DNA of 64,000 nucleotides from Candidatus Peregrinibacteria bacterium (GTDB lineage: Bacteria > Patescibacteriota > Gracilibacteria > UM-FILTER-43-11 > JACRIE01): NCBI GenBank assembly GCA_016220165.1, contig JACRIE010000042.1:20379-84378 (forward strand). Reading direction: 5' to 3'. Positions 1-9,677 of the stretch are shown one piece after another; the first letter of the stretch is position 1, and each line of letters opens with the position of its first letter. A program made the position numbers and the translations under genes. A model generated the notes under the pieces. The model ran no database searches, was not told the DNA's origin, and saw only the letters and a program-made list of their open reading frames with translations.

Positions 1-910
1 AGTCGATGCCCGCGGAGCCCATTTCGAGGAAAAAAACAACGACCGCTACTACTACGCCATGAATACGAACGACCGGACCACGGCGCTCGTGCTCCAGGCC
101 ATACTCCGCGTCATGCCGGACCACCCGCTCATCCCCAACATCGTGCGCTCCATGCTGACCTCGCGCCGCGAAGGGCGCTGGGACACCACCCAGTCCACGG
201 TGGCGAGCCTCATGGCCCTGATCGACTACCTAAAAAACACGCGCGAATTGGAAGGAACCTTCACTGCCTCGGCGAAGTTTAACAACGATCCTGCCGTCAC
301 GCAGGCGTTCAATAAGGAAAACCAGCTGACACGGAAGGAGATTAAGAAAGCGTTCTCGGAGCTCGCTCCGGACGCGATGAACACGATCGTCTTCACGAAG
401 AACAACAATTCCGGCCGTCTGTATTACGACCTCCTGATGAGCTACTTCCTCACGATCGATGCACTGCCTCCGGCCGACGAAGGCATCGGCATCCGCCGCG
501 AAATAACCGCCATGGGAGACAAGGACGAAAAGAAACTCACGGATTCGTTTGATTTACTTCAAACATACAAAGTGAAGCTGACCATCACGGTTCCCGAGGA
601 CCGCCACTTCGTAGCCGTCGAAAGCCTGCTCCCCGCCGGCTTTGAACCCATCAACTTCAACTTCCGGAACAGCCAGCAGCGCTTCGCCAACGAATCAGGC
701 GGCTCCTGGGCCTTTGAGCACCAGGAGCTCCACGACGACCGCGTCTTTCTCTTTGCCGAACAACTCTCCGCCGGAGTCTACGACTACACCTACCTCGTCC
801 GCGCCACCACGCCAGGCCGCTTCCACGAAGGCCCCGCGAGAGCGTGGGAAATGTATTACCCGGAAAACTTTGGGCAAACCGAAGGGAAGTGGGTGGAGGT
901 AAAAGGATAG
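1..910 (+). CDS. alpha-2-macroglobulin family protein, C-terminal part (5' end outside window)
   Basis: Frame is open from the window edge (pos 2, VDARGAHFEEKNNDRYYYA) into listed ORF 59..910. VAVESLLPAGFEPINFN resembles the conserved LPAG(F/L)E motif of bacterial A2M (YfhM-type) C-terminal domains. A PBP1C gene, its classical partner, follows. Confidence 0.6.
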   Translation, partial: VDARGAHFEEKNNDRYYYAMNTNDRTTALVLQAILRVMPDHPLIPNIVRSMLTSRREGRWDTTQSTVASLMALIDYLKNTRELEGTFTASAKFNNDPAVTQAFNKENQLTRKEIKKAFSELAPDAMNTIVFTKNNNSGRLYYDLLMSYFLTIDALPPADEGIGIRREITAMGDKDEKKLTDSFDLLQTYKVKLTITVPEDRHFVAVESLLPAGFEPINFNFRNSQQRFANESGGSWAFEHQELHDDRVFLFAEQLSAGVYDYTYLVRATTPGRFHEGPARAWEMYYPENFGQTEGKWVEVKG

Positions 911-1194
911 AAAAGGAAATTTATTTCTCCTAAATTCGCTACTCTATGGAACAAATGGAAAAAGAAATATTACTAGAAAATAATTTTAGACTTCATGATT
1001 TACTAAAAAATAAAAAAAAATAAGAGAAACTGAAAAAGAATTTATGGAAACTGCGCCCTATAAGTTCAACAACGTAGGAGACATCAATTTTTTTGATCGC
1101 ATTTGCGATATTGAGTCTAGAAATATAGTAACGGATTTTGAATTTTTGAATTGCGGCAACAGACGGCCAAAGTAAATGCTATACCTATTTTTGC

Positions 1195-1223
1195 TTGACA
1201 AGTGAACATTTGTTTACTAAACT
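1195..1223 (+). promoter_or_regulatory. sigma70-like promoter with LexA-type (GAAC-N4-GTTC) box in the spacer
   Basis: TTGACA (1195-1200), 17-nt spacer aGTGAACATTTGTTTAC, TAAACT (1218-1223), 35 nt upstream of the Bro-N ORF. Same geometry as the recA and ORF6N promoters. Confidence 0.5.
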
Positions 1224-1258
1224 TTTCCGTAATATTTATTCATTAATTTTTTGTATTT

Positions 1259-1899
1259 ATGACGAACCAACAAAACAAGCTCGTACTTTTTCAGGATAAA
1301 AAAATCCGTCGCATTTGGCACAATGACGAATGGTTTTTTTCAGTAGTAGATATCGTAGAAGCACTGACGGAAAGTCCTTCCCCGAGACAATATTGGGGGA
1401 TGCTAAAAGGACGTGAGCCTCAGTTGTTAACAATTTGTTTACAACTGAAATTGGAAAGTATTGACGGAAAAAAATACGTCACAGATTGCGTTAATACCAA
1501 AAACGCTTTTCGTTTAATCCAGTCGATTCCAAGCCCAAAGGCCGAACCTTTCAAAATGTGGCTTGCTCAGGTGGGCAAAGAGCGATTGGATGAGATTGAA
1601 AATCCCGAACTGGCGCAGGAACGCATGAAAGCGCTTTACGAACAAAAGGGCTATCCAAAGGACTGGATCGATAAACGGCTTCGCGGAATAGCCATCCGCC
1701 AAGATCTCACCGAAGAGTGGAAGGAGCGAGGCATTACAGACCAAAAAGATTACGCGATTTTGACTGCGGAAAAGTAGCCAAACGCGGCGGTTCCGTGGCC
1801 GGAGTGGCAAGGAAGGAAACTGAAAAAGAACTTGGCCGGAGCGTGATTTCCAACGAAAACTATTTGTCGGGTAAAAAATCAGCGAAAAAATTGAATTAA
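1259..1899 (+). pseudogene. Bro-N / phage antirepressor-type DNA-binding gene, internally deleted and frameshifted
   Basis: ORF 1259..1777 has the Bro-N family pattern (KIRRIWHNDEWFFSVVDIVEALT, IQSIPSPKAEPFKMWLAQVG, YPKDWIDKRLRGIAIRQDLTEEW, YAILTAE) and then stops. The family C-terminus (KRGGSVAGVARKETEKELGRSVISNENYL) continues in another frame (1717..1899), with the central part missing. Confidence 0.6.
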
Positions 1900-1914
1900 C
1901 ACCTCGCAGAACCA

Positions 1915-4308
1915 ATGCGCTTCAGGTTCTCTAAAAATCAAAAATGGTGGCTTCTCCTTCCTCTTTTTTTATTGTTCCTCTTCGGCGTGTGGTTTTTCCT
2001 CTGGCCGCTGCCTGGCGCCTTGCGCCAATCGCTCAATCACAGTCCCGTCAAACTCCTCGATCGAAATGGAGCGCTGCTGTATGAGGTGCGCTCCGCTGAT
2101 TTCGGGGGACAGGAATACAAGCCGCTCGCCGGGATTCCCAAGGAATTGATCCTGATCGTGCTCGCCACGGAAGACCGCTCGTTCGCACAGCATCCGGGCA
2201 TAAGCCTGAAAGGGATCCTTCGCGCCGCGTGGCAGAATTTCACGTCCGGCAACGTGGTGTCTGGGGGATCCACGATCACCCAACAGCTCGTCCGGCTACG
2301 ACTGCAACCCAAAGAAAGGGGGTACGCGTACAAACTGAAAGAGATTCTGCTCGCGCTCAAACTCGAACGAGTCGCCAACAAATCTAAAATCCTTGAGGAT
2401 TATTTGAATAATATCTACTTGGGACACCAAGCTTATGGCGTCCAAGCCGGCGCCACAATCTACTTCAACAAAAACATCAGCGAACTGTCGCTGGCCGAAA
2501 CAGCGTTACTCGTGGGTCTCATCCAGTCTCCCGCCTCGTACGATCCGTTCGCTCACTTCGCGCTCGCCAAAAAACGGCAAAAAGTCGTCCTGAAATCCAT
2601 GGAGGACGTGGGCATGATCACGGCGGAGGAAGCCAAAGAATTACAGCAGGAGCCGATCCGTCTGGGGCACGGAAAAATAAAAATCCGCGCGCCGCATTTT
2701 GTGATGTGGATGCGCTCCATGGTAAGGCCGCAAAATTTTGCGGCCCGACAGGGAGCGTCAACCGAAATCCGCACCACGCTCGACCTCTCGCTGCAATCCG
2801 AAACCGAGCGGATCGTGGACTATCAGCTCGAAAAACTGAAGGACAAAAACGTCACCTCCGCCGCGGTCGTGGTGTTGGACGCGCGTCAGGGGGACGTGCT
2901 CGCCATGGTGGGTTCCGGCGATTATTTCGACGCGGATCATGACGGCGCTTTCAACGCGGCCATCAGTCCGCGTCAGCCAGGCTCAGCGCTCAAACCGTTC
3001 ACCTACGCGCTCGCGCTAAGAAGTGGCGACACCGCCGCGAGCACCGCCGCGGACGTGGAGACCCGGTTCTTCACGCAAGAAGGCAATCCGTATTCGCCCC
3101 GCAATTTCGATTACGGTTATCACGGGTTGGTACGCTATCGCGAAGCGCTGGCGAACTCGTACAACATCGCCGCAGTCAAAGTGCTTCAAAAGGTCGGCGT
3201 GGATTCGCTTTTGAAATTCCTCCGCGCAGCCGGTCTCACCACGCTAAACAAAACTCCTGAACATTATGGTCTCGCGCTCACGCTGGGCGACGCCGAAGTT
3301 AGCCTGCTCGAACTCACGCAGGCCTACGGCGTGTTCGCGCGTGGCGGCGTCACCATGCCGATCCGCACGTTACTGGACCAGCCGATAGCGCCGGGAGAGC
3401 CGATTCTGGACAGCAAAATCGCCTGGCTCATCTCGGATATTTTGAGCGATCCTCAGGCGCGCCTGCCGGAGTTCGGCGAAAGCAGCGCGCTCGACTTCGA
3501 CTTCCCTGTGGCGGCCAAAACCGGCACCACGCGCAACTCACGCGACAACTGGACGCTGGGCTACACGCCCGATTTCGTCGTGGGCGTGTGGGTCGGCAAC
3601 GCGGACAATACGCCCATGAAGAACACCTCGGGCGTGACGGGCGCGGGCCCGATTTTCCACGACGTACTGCTCGCGGCCGTTAAAAACCACCCGCGTACAG
3701 ACTTTATTCAGCCGCGAGGGTTAGTCAAAAAAGAGATCTGCCGGCTCTCCGGAAAACTTCCAACGCCCGAGTGCAGGGAAACCATTCCCGAATGGTTTAT
3801 CCAAAGAACCGAACCGAAAACGCCGGACGACATTTTTATCCGCGTCAAAACGGACCGACGAAACGACTTGCTCGCGGAACCTGATTGCCCCGCGCAATAC
3901 ATTGAAGAAAAAGTATTCACGCTTTTCCCTCCGGAAGTTCGAACCTGGGCGCGCGAGAATGGATACAAAGAACCTCCTGTAAACTTTTCGCCTTTGTGTC
4001 CGCAAGGAGCTGTTGCCACAACGCAATCTCAAGGAGAGGATTGGGTCTCGATCCAAAAACCGCACGCGAACGAAAGTTTTTTACTCGATCCGCTCATTCC
4101 AGCTAAAAATCAAAAAATAATTTTAGAAGCGGAGGCTGGAAAAAATGCGACAACGATTGACTGGTTCATCGACGACAAAAAAATTGGCTCAGCCAAAGCG
4201 CCAAACTATCGCCTCGAATGGCCACCCGTCATCGGACGTTTCCGCGTGGAAGCCAAAGCTCCCAAGAGTCAAGACAAAGTGACGATCGAAATTCTGAATC
4301 AAAAATAA
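1915..4308 (+). CDS. pbpC: penicillin-binding protein 1C (bifunctional transglycosylase/transpeptidase)
   Basis: GT51 motifs EDRSFAQHPG and GGSTITQQL. Transpeptidase motifs SALKPF (SxxK), SYN and KTGTT. C-terminal immunoglobulin-like extension typical of PBP1C. N-terminal TM helix. Confidence 0.8.
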   Translation: MRFRFSKNQKWWLLLPLFLLFLFGVWFFLWPLPGALRQSLNHSPVKLLDRNGALLYEVRSADFGGQEYKPLAGIPKELILIVLATEDRSFAQHPGISLKGILRAAWQNFTSGNVVSGGSTITQQLVRLRLQPKERGYAYKLKEILLALKLERVANKSKILEDYLNNIYLGHQAYGVQAGATIYFNKNISELSLAETALLVGLIQSPASYDPFAHFALAKKRQKVVLKSMEDVGMITAEEAKELQQEPIRLGHGKIKIRAPHFVMWMRSMVRPQNFAARQGASTEIRTTLDLSLQSETERIVDYQLEKLKDKNVTSAAVVVLDARQGDVLAMVGSGDYFDADHDGAFNAAISPRQPGSALKPFTYALALRSGDTAASTAADVETRFFTQEGNPYSPRNFDYGYHGLVRYREALANSYNIAAVKVLQKVGVDSLLKFLRAAGLTTLNKTPEHYGLALTLGDAEVSLLELTQAYGVFARGGVTMPIRTLLDQPIAPGEPILDSKIAWLISDILSDPQARLPEFGESSALDFDFPVAAKTGTTRNSRDNWTLGYTPDFVVGVWVGNADNTPMKNTSGVTGAGPIFHDVLLAAVKNHPRTDFIQPRGLVKKEICRLSGKLPTPECRETIPEWFIQRTEPKTPDDIFIRVKTDRRNDLLAEPDCPAQYIEEKVFTLFPPEVRTWARENGYKEPPVNFSPLCPQGAVATTQSQGEDWVSIQKPHANESFLLDPLIPAKNQKIILEAEAGKNATTIDWFIDDKKIGSAKAPNYRLEWPPVIGRFRVEAKAPKSQDKVTIEILNQK

Positions 4309-4370
4309 AATTGGAATTCCTTATTCGAATCTTGTAATCTTTGAATAAATAATCTTGTAATAATAAACCT

Positions 4371-4967
4371 ATGAAAAAAGAAATCGCTCTCGCCCTTCAC
4401 GAAATCGGCGCCGTGAAGTTTGGCAATTTTACGCTAAAATCCGGCATTCAATCTCCCATTTATATCGATTTACGCGTCCTCATCTCCTACCCGAAAGTGC
4501 TTCAGATGGTCGCGGACGCTATGATCGAAAAGGCCGAAAAACTCACGTTCGCCCGCATCGCCGGCATCCCCTACACCGCGCTCCCGATCGCCACGGCCAT
4601 TTCGATCAAGACCGGCTGGCCCATGATTTACGCGCGCAAGGAAGTGAAGGACTACGGCACCAAAAAAAAGCTCGAGGGTGTCTACAAAAAGGGTGAAACC
4701 TGTCTCATCGTCGATGATTTAATCACGACCGGCGCCAGCAAATTCGAGACAATCGAGCCTTTTCAGGCCGCGGGGCTCACCGTGAAAGACGTGGTGGTCC
4801 TCGTGGACCGCGAGCAGGGCGGCGCCAAAATTCTAAAAGAAAAAGGCTACACGCTTCACAGCGTCTTGGGCATCAATGAGCTTTTGGACATGCTCAAAGC
4901 CGAAGGTCGCCTCGACGAAACTCTCTACAAAACCGCCAAGGAATTCATCGCGAAGACGCAGGTGTAA
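4371..4967 (+). CDS. pyrE: orotate phosphoribosyltransferase
   Basis: PRPP-binding motif CLIVDDLITTGASK; length and overall pattern match PyrE. Confidence 0.85.
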   Translation: MKKEIALALHEIGAVKFGNFTLKSGIQSPIYIDLRVLISYPKVLQMVADAMIEKAEKLTFARIAGIPYTALPIATAISIKTGWPMIYARKEVKDYGTKKKLEGVYKKGETCLIVDDLITTGASKFETIEPFQAAGLTVKDVVVLVDREQGGAKILKEKGYTLHSVLGINELLDMLKAEGRLDETLYKTAKEFIAKTQV

Positions 4968-4994
4968 TTCGGATGTACCCCTTTTATCAAACCT

Positions 4995-5022
4995 GAAGGC
5001 GAGGATAATTATCCTCGCCTTC
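4995..5022 (+). terminator. 28-nt perfect palindrome downstream of pyrE (hairpin terminator candidate)
   Basis: GAAGGCGAGGATAATTATCCTCGCCTTC, 28 nt after the pyrE stop; no long U tract. Confidence 0.45.
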
Positions 5023-5114
5023 AATTAGAATTGAGAAAATCTTACTTGTAATTCTTTTCAAAATATGTTATCATAATATATAAATTTAATTTTTAACCCT
5101 TAAAAAAACTCTAT

Positions 5115-5390
5115 ATGAGTAAAAAAACAAAAATTGTTCTCATTATTGTGGCTATTGTTGCCGCAACCATAGTCGCCTTGCAGGCCACCTTAGGAATCCC
5201 GGGGAAATGGTTGCAGGCTTCCATCTTGGGTGGAACTCAAATCGAATCAGTCATACCCGTGGAACTTCAGGATACAGCTAAAAAGGCAAAACCCACTAAT
5301 AAAAATCAAATGGGTGGCGGTGGGACTATCAAACCGGGAACCAATGGTCAAATGGGCGGCGGCGGGACTATCAAACCAAACGCTCGTTAA
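5115..5390 (+). CDS. small membrane-anchored/secreted protein with tandem Gly-rich repeat
   Basis: N-terminal hydrophobic helix (IVLIIVAIVAATIVAL). C-terminal tandem NQMGGGGTIKPGT / NGQMGGGGTIKPNA. Its stop is directly adjacent to the stop of the convergent cyclase gene. Confidence 0.4.
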   Translation: MSKKTKIVLIIVAIVAATIVALQATLGIPGKWLQASILGGTQIESVIPVELQDTAKKAKPTNKNQMGGGGTIKPGTNGQMGGGGTIKPNAR

Positions 5391-8300
5391 TTAAGGGACT
5401 TTATGATAAGGAGCCAATTCATTTTTAAGACAACCGTTAAGGTCCTCTCGGACTGAAGCGCTTATAGTTACATCCTGGGCCAACGCGGCAACTTCATTGT
5501 AGTAGCGTTGGCCCTTTTCTCGTTGCCCTGAATAATAATAGGCATACGCGAGATTCGCGGCGGCATAAGCCGTATGCCGGGTGAGCTGATGTTCTTTGGA
5601 TAAACGATAGCCCGAAAGAGACCAACGGATACAAGCTTCACAATCTTCTTGAAGCTCGTTTGCATACATTCTCTTGCCGCAATTACGCTCAATGGCACGC
5701 TGCGCTTCATTGGCTAAATTTTCGAGCATAAAACATTCATGTGTCGCGCTGCCTGCCTGTTGGGCGATCTCCAGTCCGGATTCGTGATATTTCTGAGCCT
5801 GCCTTCGATCTTGACGAATGGCGAAAGAAAATAAATGATGATGACGCGCCCGGGCTTCATACGCTTCGCCGCACGCAATCAGTAAATTAGAAACCCTATG
5901 GAGATTGCTGGGACCAACGATCACATCGGCATGCTCTCTATAAAAAACGACTGCCTTCGTTAAAGAACGAATCATTTCCGCATTCAGGTCGCTTCCTCTA
6001 TCCCACTTCGATGGTGTGGCTCGTTTTAATTTATAGCGCTCTTGCAGAATACGACCGCGCAGAAATTGAAAAAATAGGACAAATTGGGGGTATTCTATAA
6101 TGCCGCCGGATATCAGAAGCTCCTCGCAACGTTGTTGCGCCTGTCGTAAAATAGCTTCTGCCTGCCGGGGATTTTTCTGCGCGATTTGAATAGCCCGATA
6201 AAGAAAAGCTATAATCGCGCTATCTTGAAAATTGAAAAAATGAATAATAAAACGCGGACCTGCATTCTGGCCAAATTTTTTAAGTCTATCAAGCATGGCT
6301 TTCTGCTCTTGGGCCAGAGTTTCAAAAGGCGCAGGGTCTCTTCCCGCTCGCATAATAATGGCTTCGGTTTTTCCGCGAAGGAGCTCAAGCCGCGCGAAAA
6401 GATGTTCGGCTTCGGATTCCGAAGATGGAATATGTTCAAGGGCAAGCGCCTGATCGAAACACGTAACCGCACCTTCCAAATCATGTCGGGAAGCGATTTT
6501 TGTTCTTAGCTTTCCTAAATCCGCAAGGCACGCGCGAATTTCCAAAGGACGATTGAGACGCTGTGCCGCCTCAAGAGTTTTTTCAGCATAAGCAATAGCG
6601 CGGCGTCTCAGCGATGGACTGCCCTTTGTCAGACGAAGAAGATTATTTCCATGCTGTAAAACCTTTTCGTTATCTTCTAATCTTAGCGCGTACCGAAAAA
6701 GAGCATCCTCATATTGCAAAGAATTTTGCTCTCGATAGGTGGCCACGGCGCCGCCAGCCCCTTCTAATATTTCAACGGCTCTTCGCAACTGAGGATTCGC
6801 GTCTTGTCCAAGCGTGCCACGATTAATAGCTTCACCCATTAAAACACTCTTAAATTTTACTTCTCTTGAAGAAACCGTAACAAATCCCATCATTTCTAAA
6901 TCAGTAAGATTTCGTTCCAGGGAAGCGGATTCCCCTCCGTAAAGAGCTTCGATAAAAAAATGTGGAACGGGAGAGCCAAGGATAGAAAGTAAAATAAGAA
7001 TGTCGCGCGCGTCATCGCTCAGGGCTCCCTGTTCTATAAGTCTATCAATATTGGACCAAATCAACTCCGTTATCTTCGTGCGCCCGCCCAAATCGGCTGG
7101 CAATGGCTTTTGCAATAAATCAGGCGATCCCGGACGTAAATATTCATCGCGAATAAGCAAAGCGACCACTTCACGAATAGCGAGAGGATTACCCTCGGAC
7201 ATTTCCCATACGACTTTCACAAGACTGTCCGGAACTTCGGACGCCCGTTCTCCAATCGCTTCTTCTTGTTCTCCTTTTAAAAGATGACAAATATAGGCGG
7301 CAACGCTCGCGCGCGTCAATGAAGGAATAACAAAAGACTCACCCTCTAAACCTTCTCCCGCTTTCTGCCACTGACGTTGCGTGCTCAAAAGAACTAAAGG
7401 GATTCTATCCTCTTTAAGGTTACGATTAACAAAATCAAAAATAAGACGCGAATCCTCATCGCACCACTGCATATCTTTAACGAAAATAAGCTGGGGTCTG
7501 CTTTGAGCGACGCTACGGACTAAAAGCAACATCGCGCGCTGAATCGTAGTGAGCTCATAAGAAGCTTCAATCAATCCTGCCAAACTCAAAAGCGCGGATC
7601 GCATGGGGTCGCCAATAGATAAAGAATCTAAACGTGTTTCCATTTCCTGACGCTGTTCTTCCAGCAATCGCTCAGGATCGCTATTTAAGAGGACTCTTAC
7701 CAGATCTCCGCAGATCGCGAAAGGCGCCTGATGGGGTTGATTTTTAATCGCGTGGATAGCGGGCGCTGATTCAGCCGCTCTTTGTCCTACGCGAGCGATA
7801 AGCGCGTTCGCGAAAGCGGTTTTTCCGGATCCCATGTCCCCTTTGATAGCTAAATGGCGATAACGCTGCCCCTGGAAGGCTTGATCCATAATCCCCATCG
7901 CGCGCGCCAAGTCAGCCTCCCGTTCCAAAAGCGCGCTATCTTCCACTCGAAGTTCCTCCGGCCCCATTCCATATCGTCTTTTTATTCCTTCAACAGCATA
8001 GCATGACACCGCCTCTCCAATACCCTTAAGAGCCTTAATCATCATGGTTTCGTGTTGAGCTAATGGACGGCATTTTTCGCGAACCGATTCAGAAACAAGG
8101 ATAGTCCCGAGGGCCGTGGCAGCCATTAAACGCGCGGACATATTCACGCTGGATCCCAAAATAGTATGCTCATAAGTCCCCTGAGGTTTGCCTTCGCTAT
8201 CGATCGCTCCCATCCTGCCCGAGATAGTGGTTCCGGACGCGATACCCATTTTTAAACCCATGGCAGCGCCCTCCTTTTCCATAATCGCGCACGCGCATCG

Positions 8301-9557
8301 ATACGCTCGCTCTTCGCAATCTCCGTCACGACCGCTGAGCCCTTTAAAAGTAATGATTATTTTAGATCCATCCGTTTTATTGATCGCGCCTTTGGTACGC
8401 GCTACTTCCTGCGCGACCCGGATATAAAAAGCGCGCAGATATCGTTGCCAGCCCGGATCCGATAAATCCCTTTCGGGCATGGCGATGAACAAGGTGGCAT
8501 GCCGCGTAAATCCGCTCACCTCGCTGATATGCCGCCCCCCGTGTCTCATGCCCGCGAGCAAACGATCGCTGGTTTTGCGTGGCGTGAAAGTAAGGAGTGT
8601 CGAAATCGCTTCAGTCAAAACCGCGCGTTGCCGCTCAGGCGTTATTGCGTTGCTCGCGACCAAAAGCCGTGCCATCTCCGCTTTAAAATTAAAAATGCCA
8701 GGATCCTCCTCCGCTAAAAAACGCGCCCGTTCCTCGCCATGGATTTTCCTCTCTCCGCGATCGGTATGCGCTTCTGCATTCAAAGCGTCATGATACGCGT
8801 CTCCGCTCACAAATGAACTTCGCTGCTTGGCGTCCCCTGGACGGACCGCGTCGGACAATATAGCCATTTGCACTTCGCCATAAGATCCGCCGATTTTAAT
8901 CGTAATTCGTCCGGTATCTCGGGCGATTCTAAGCAATTCGTCCGCCGCTTGCCCTGCCCGCTCCATGGAATGTGACCCGCGTATCATGATCGTCATGGAA
9001 TCTCCGCCCAATTTCAAAACCGTGCCCCCATGCGCCCGTACCACGGCATCGAACTCGGCAAAAGTAGTATTAATTGCCTCACGGATCCCTCCCGCGTCTC
9101 CGCGCTCCAGCGTCGCTTGCTCCACCTGCGCGGTAAAGCCAGCCACATCCGCGTAAAGCACAGTCCCCATTTCCTTATAAATCGAAGTAAGATCGGTATC
9201 GCCTGTGCGCCGCGCTTCGGAAAGATGCCGTAAAATCAATTCAGACCCCGGAACGACTTTCATGACTTCCTGAAGGACTTCACTGGCGCGACGTACTTTT
9301 TCCGGATCATCCGGGGCGGCTTCGGCCGCGTCGATCATGAGTTGCGCCTTATTCCAAAGCGGAGCAAAAGCGCCCGGCGGACACGGCAAAGCCGCGCGCG
9401 GACTAAGAGGCGGAGCTCCTCCCGCTGTCCCGGAAACGCCCGCGACAGCGGACAATGCCTGCCTCATCGCGGCCACAGCCTCGTGATCGTGAGATCGGGC
9501 GTCAGCCTGTGGTTTGGATCCCTCTGCTTCACAAGGGGGGTCGGAGCGCTCGGGCAT
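5391..9557 (-). CDS. tandem class III nucleotidyl cyclase domains + P-loop (STAND/AAA-type) NTPase + TPR/helical repeat protein
   Basis: Cyclase domain 1 has YADVAGFT and KLGGDSM. Cyclase domain 2 has GSSVNMSARL. Walker A is GDMGSGKT and Walker B-like is LIFVKDMQWCDEDS. About 600 aa of helical repeat follow. Confidence 0.8.
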   Translation of the reverse strand: MPERSDPPCEAEGSKPQADARSHDHEAVAAMRQALSAVAGVSGTAGGAPPLSPRAALPCPPGAFAPLWNKAQLMIDAAEAAPDDPEKVRRASEVLQEVMKVVPGSELILRHLSEARRTGDTDLTSIYKEMGTVLYADVAGFTAQVEQATLERGDAGGIREAINTTFAEFDAVVRAHGGTVLKLGGDSMTIMIRGSHSMERAGQAADELLRIARDTGRITIKIGGSYGEVQMAILSDAVRPGDAKQRSSFVSGDAYHDALNAEAHTDRGERKIHGEERARFLAEEDPGIFNFKAEMARLLVASNAITPERQRAVLTEAISTLLTFTPRKTSDRLLAGMRHGGRHISEVSGFTRHATLFIAMPERDLSDPGWQRYLRAFYIRVAQEVARTKGAINKTDGSKIIITFKGLSGRDGDCEERAYRCACAIMEKEGAAMGLKMGIASGTTISGRMGAIDSEGKPQGTYEHTILGSSVNMSARLMAATALGTILVSESVREKCRPLAQHETMMIKALKGIGEAVSCYAVEGIKRRYGMGPEELRVEDSALLEREADLARAMGIMDQAFQGQRYRHLAIKGDMGSGKTAFANALIARVGQRAAESAPAIHAIKNQPHQAPFAICGDLVRVLLNSDPERLLEEQRQEMETRLDSLSIGDPMRSALLSLAGLIEASYELTTIQRAMLLLVRSVAQSRPQLIFVKDMQWCDEDSRLIFDFVNRNLKEDRIPLVLLSTQRQWQKAGEGLEGESFVIPSLTRASVAAYICHLLKGEQEEAIGERASEVPDSLVKVVWEMSEGNPLAIREVVALLIRDEYLRPGSPDLLQKPLPADLGGRTKITELIWSNIDRLIEQGALSDDARDILILLSILGSPVPHFFIEALYGGESASLERNLTDLEMMGFVTVSSREVKFKSVLMGEAINRGTLGQDANPQLRRAVEILEGAGGAVATYREQNSLQYEDALFRYALRLEDNEKVLQHGNNLLRLTKGSPSLRRRAIAYAEKTLEAAQRLNRPLEIRACLADLGKLRTKIASRHDLEGAVTCFDQALALEHIPSSESEAEHLFARLELLRGKTEAIIMRAGRDPAPFETLAQEQKAMLDRLKKFGQNAGPRFIIHFFNFQDSAIIAFLYRAIQIAQKNPRQAEAILRQAQQRCEELLISGGIIEYPQFVLFFQFLRGRILQERYKLKRATPSKWDRGSDLNAEMIRSLTKAVVFYREHADVIVGPSNLHRVSNLLIACGEAYEARARHHHLFSFAIRQDRRQAQKYHESGLEIAQQAGSATHECFMLENLANEAQRAIERNCGKRMYANELQEDCEACIRWSLSGYRLSKEHQLTRHTAYAAANLAYAYYYSGQREKGQRYYNEVAALAQDVTISASVREDLNGCLKNELAPYHKVP

Positions 9558-9582
9558 GACAAATAAATCAAAAAAGGGGATA

Positions 9583-9611
9583 ATTATAGATTAAATCCGC
9601 TCGTTTGATAA
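9583..9611 (-). promoter_or_regulatory. sigma70-like promoter of the cyclase/NTPase gene
   Basis: Minus strand reads TTATCA, 17 nt, TATAAT; the -10 lies about 26 nt upstream of the ATG at 9557. Confidence 0.4.
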
Positions 9612-9642
9612 GGAAATACTTTTTTTGTTGAAATCCGGACAC

Positions 9643-9677
9643 AAAAAAGCCCGATACAATATTGATCGGGATTTTTT
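9643..9677. terminator. bidirectional intrinsic-terminator-like hairpin
   Basis: AAAAAAG-CCCGAT-acaatatt-ATCGGG-ATTTTTT: a stem flanked by an A run and a T run. Confidence 0.5.

Noticed and set aside
900-1914. Integrated prophage suggested by the Bro-N gene (and by the ORF6N gene at 55.2-55.8 kb).
   Set aside because: No integrase, terminase, capsid or tail genes and no att-like direct repeats were seen around them. Both are isolated, decayed single genes.
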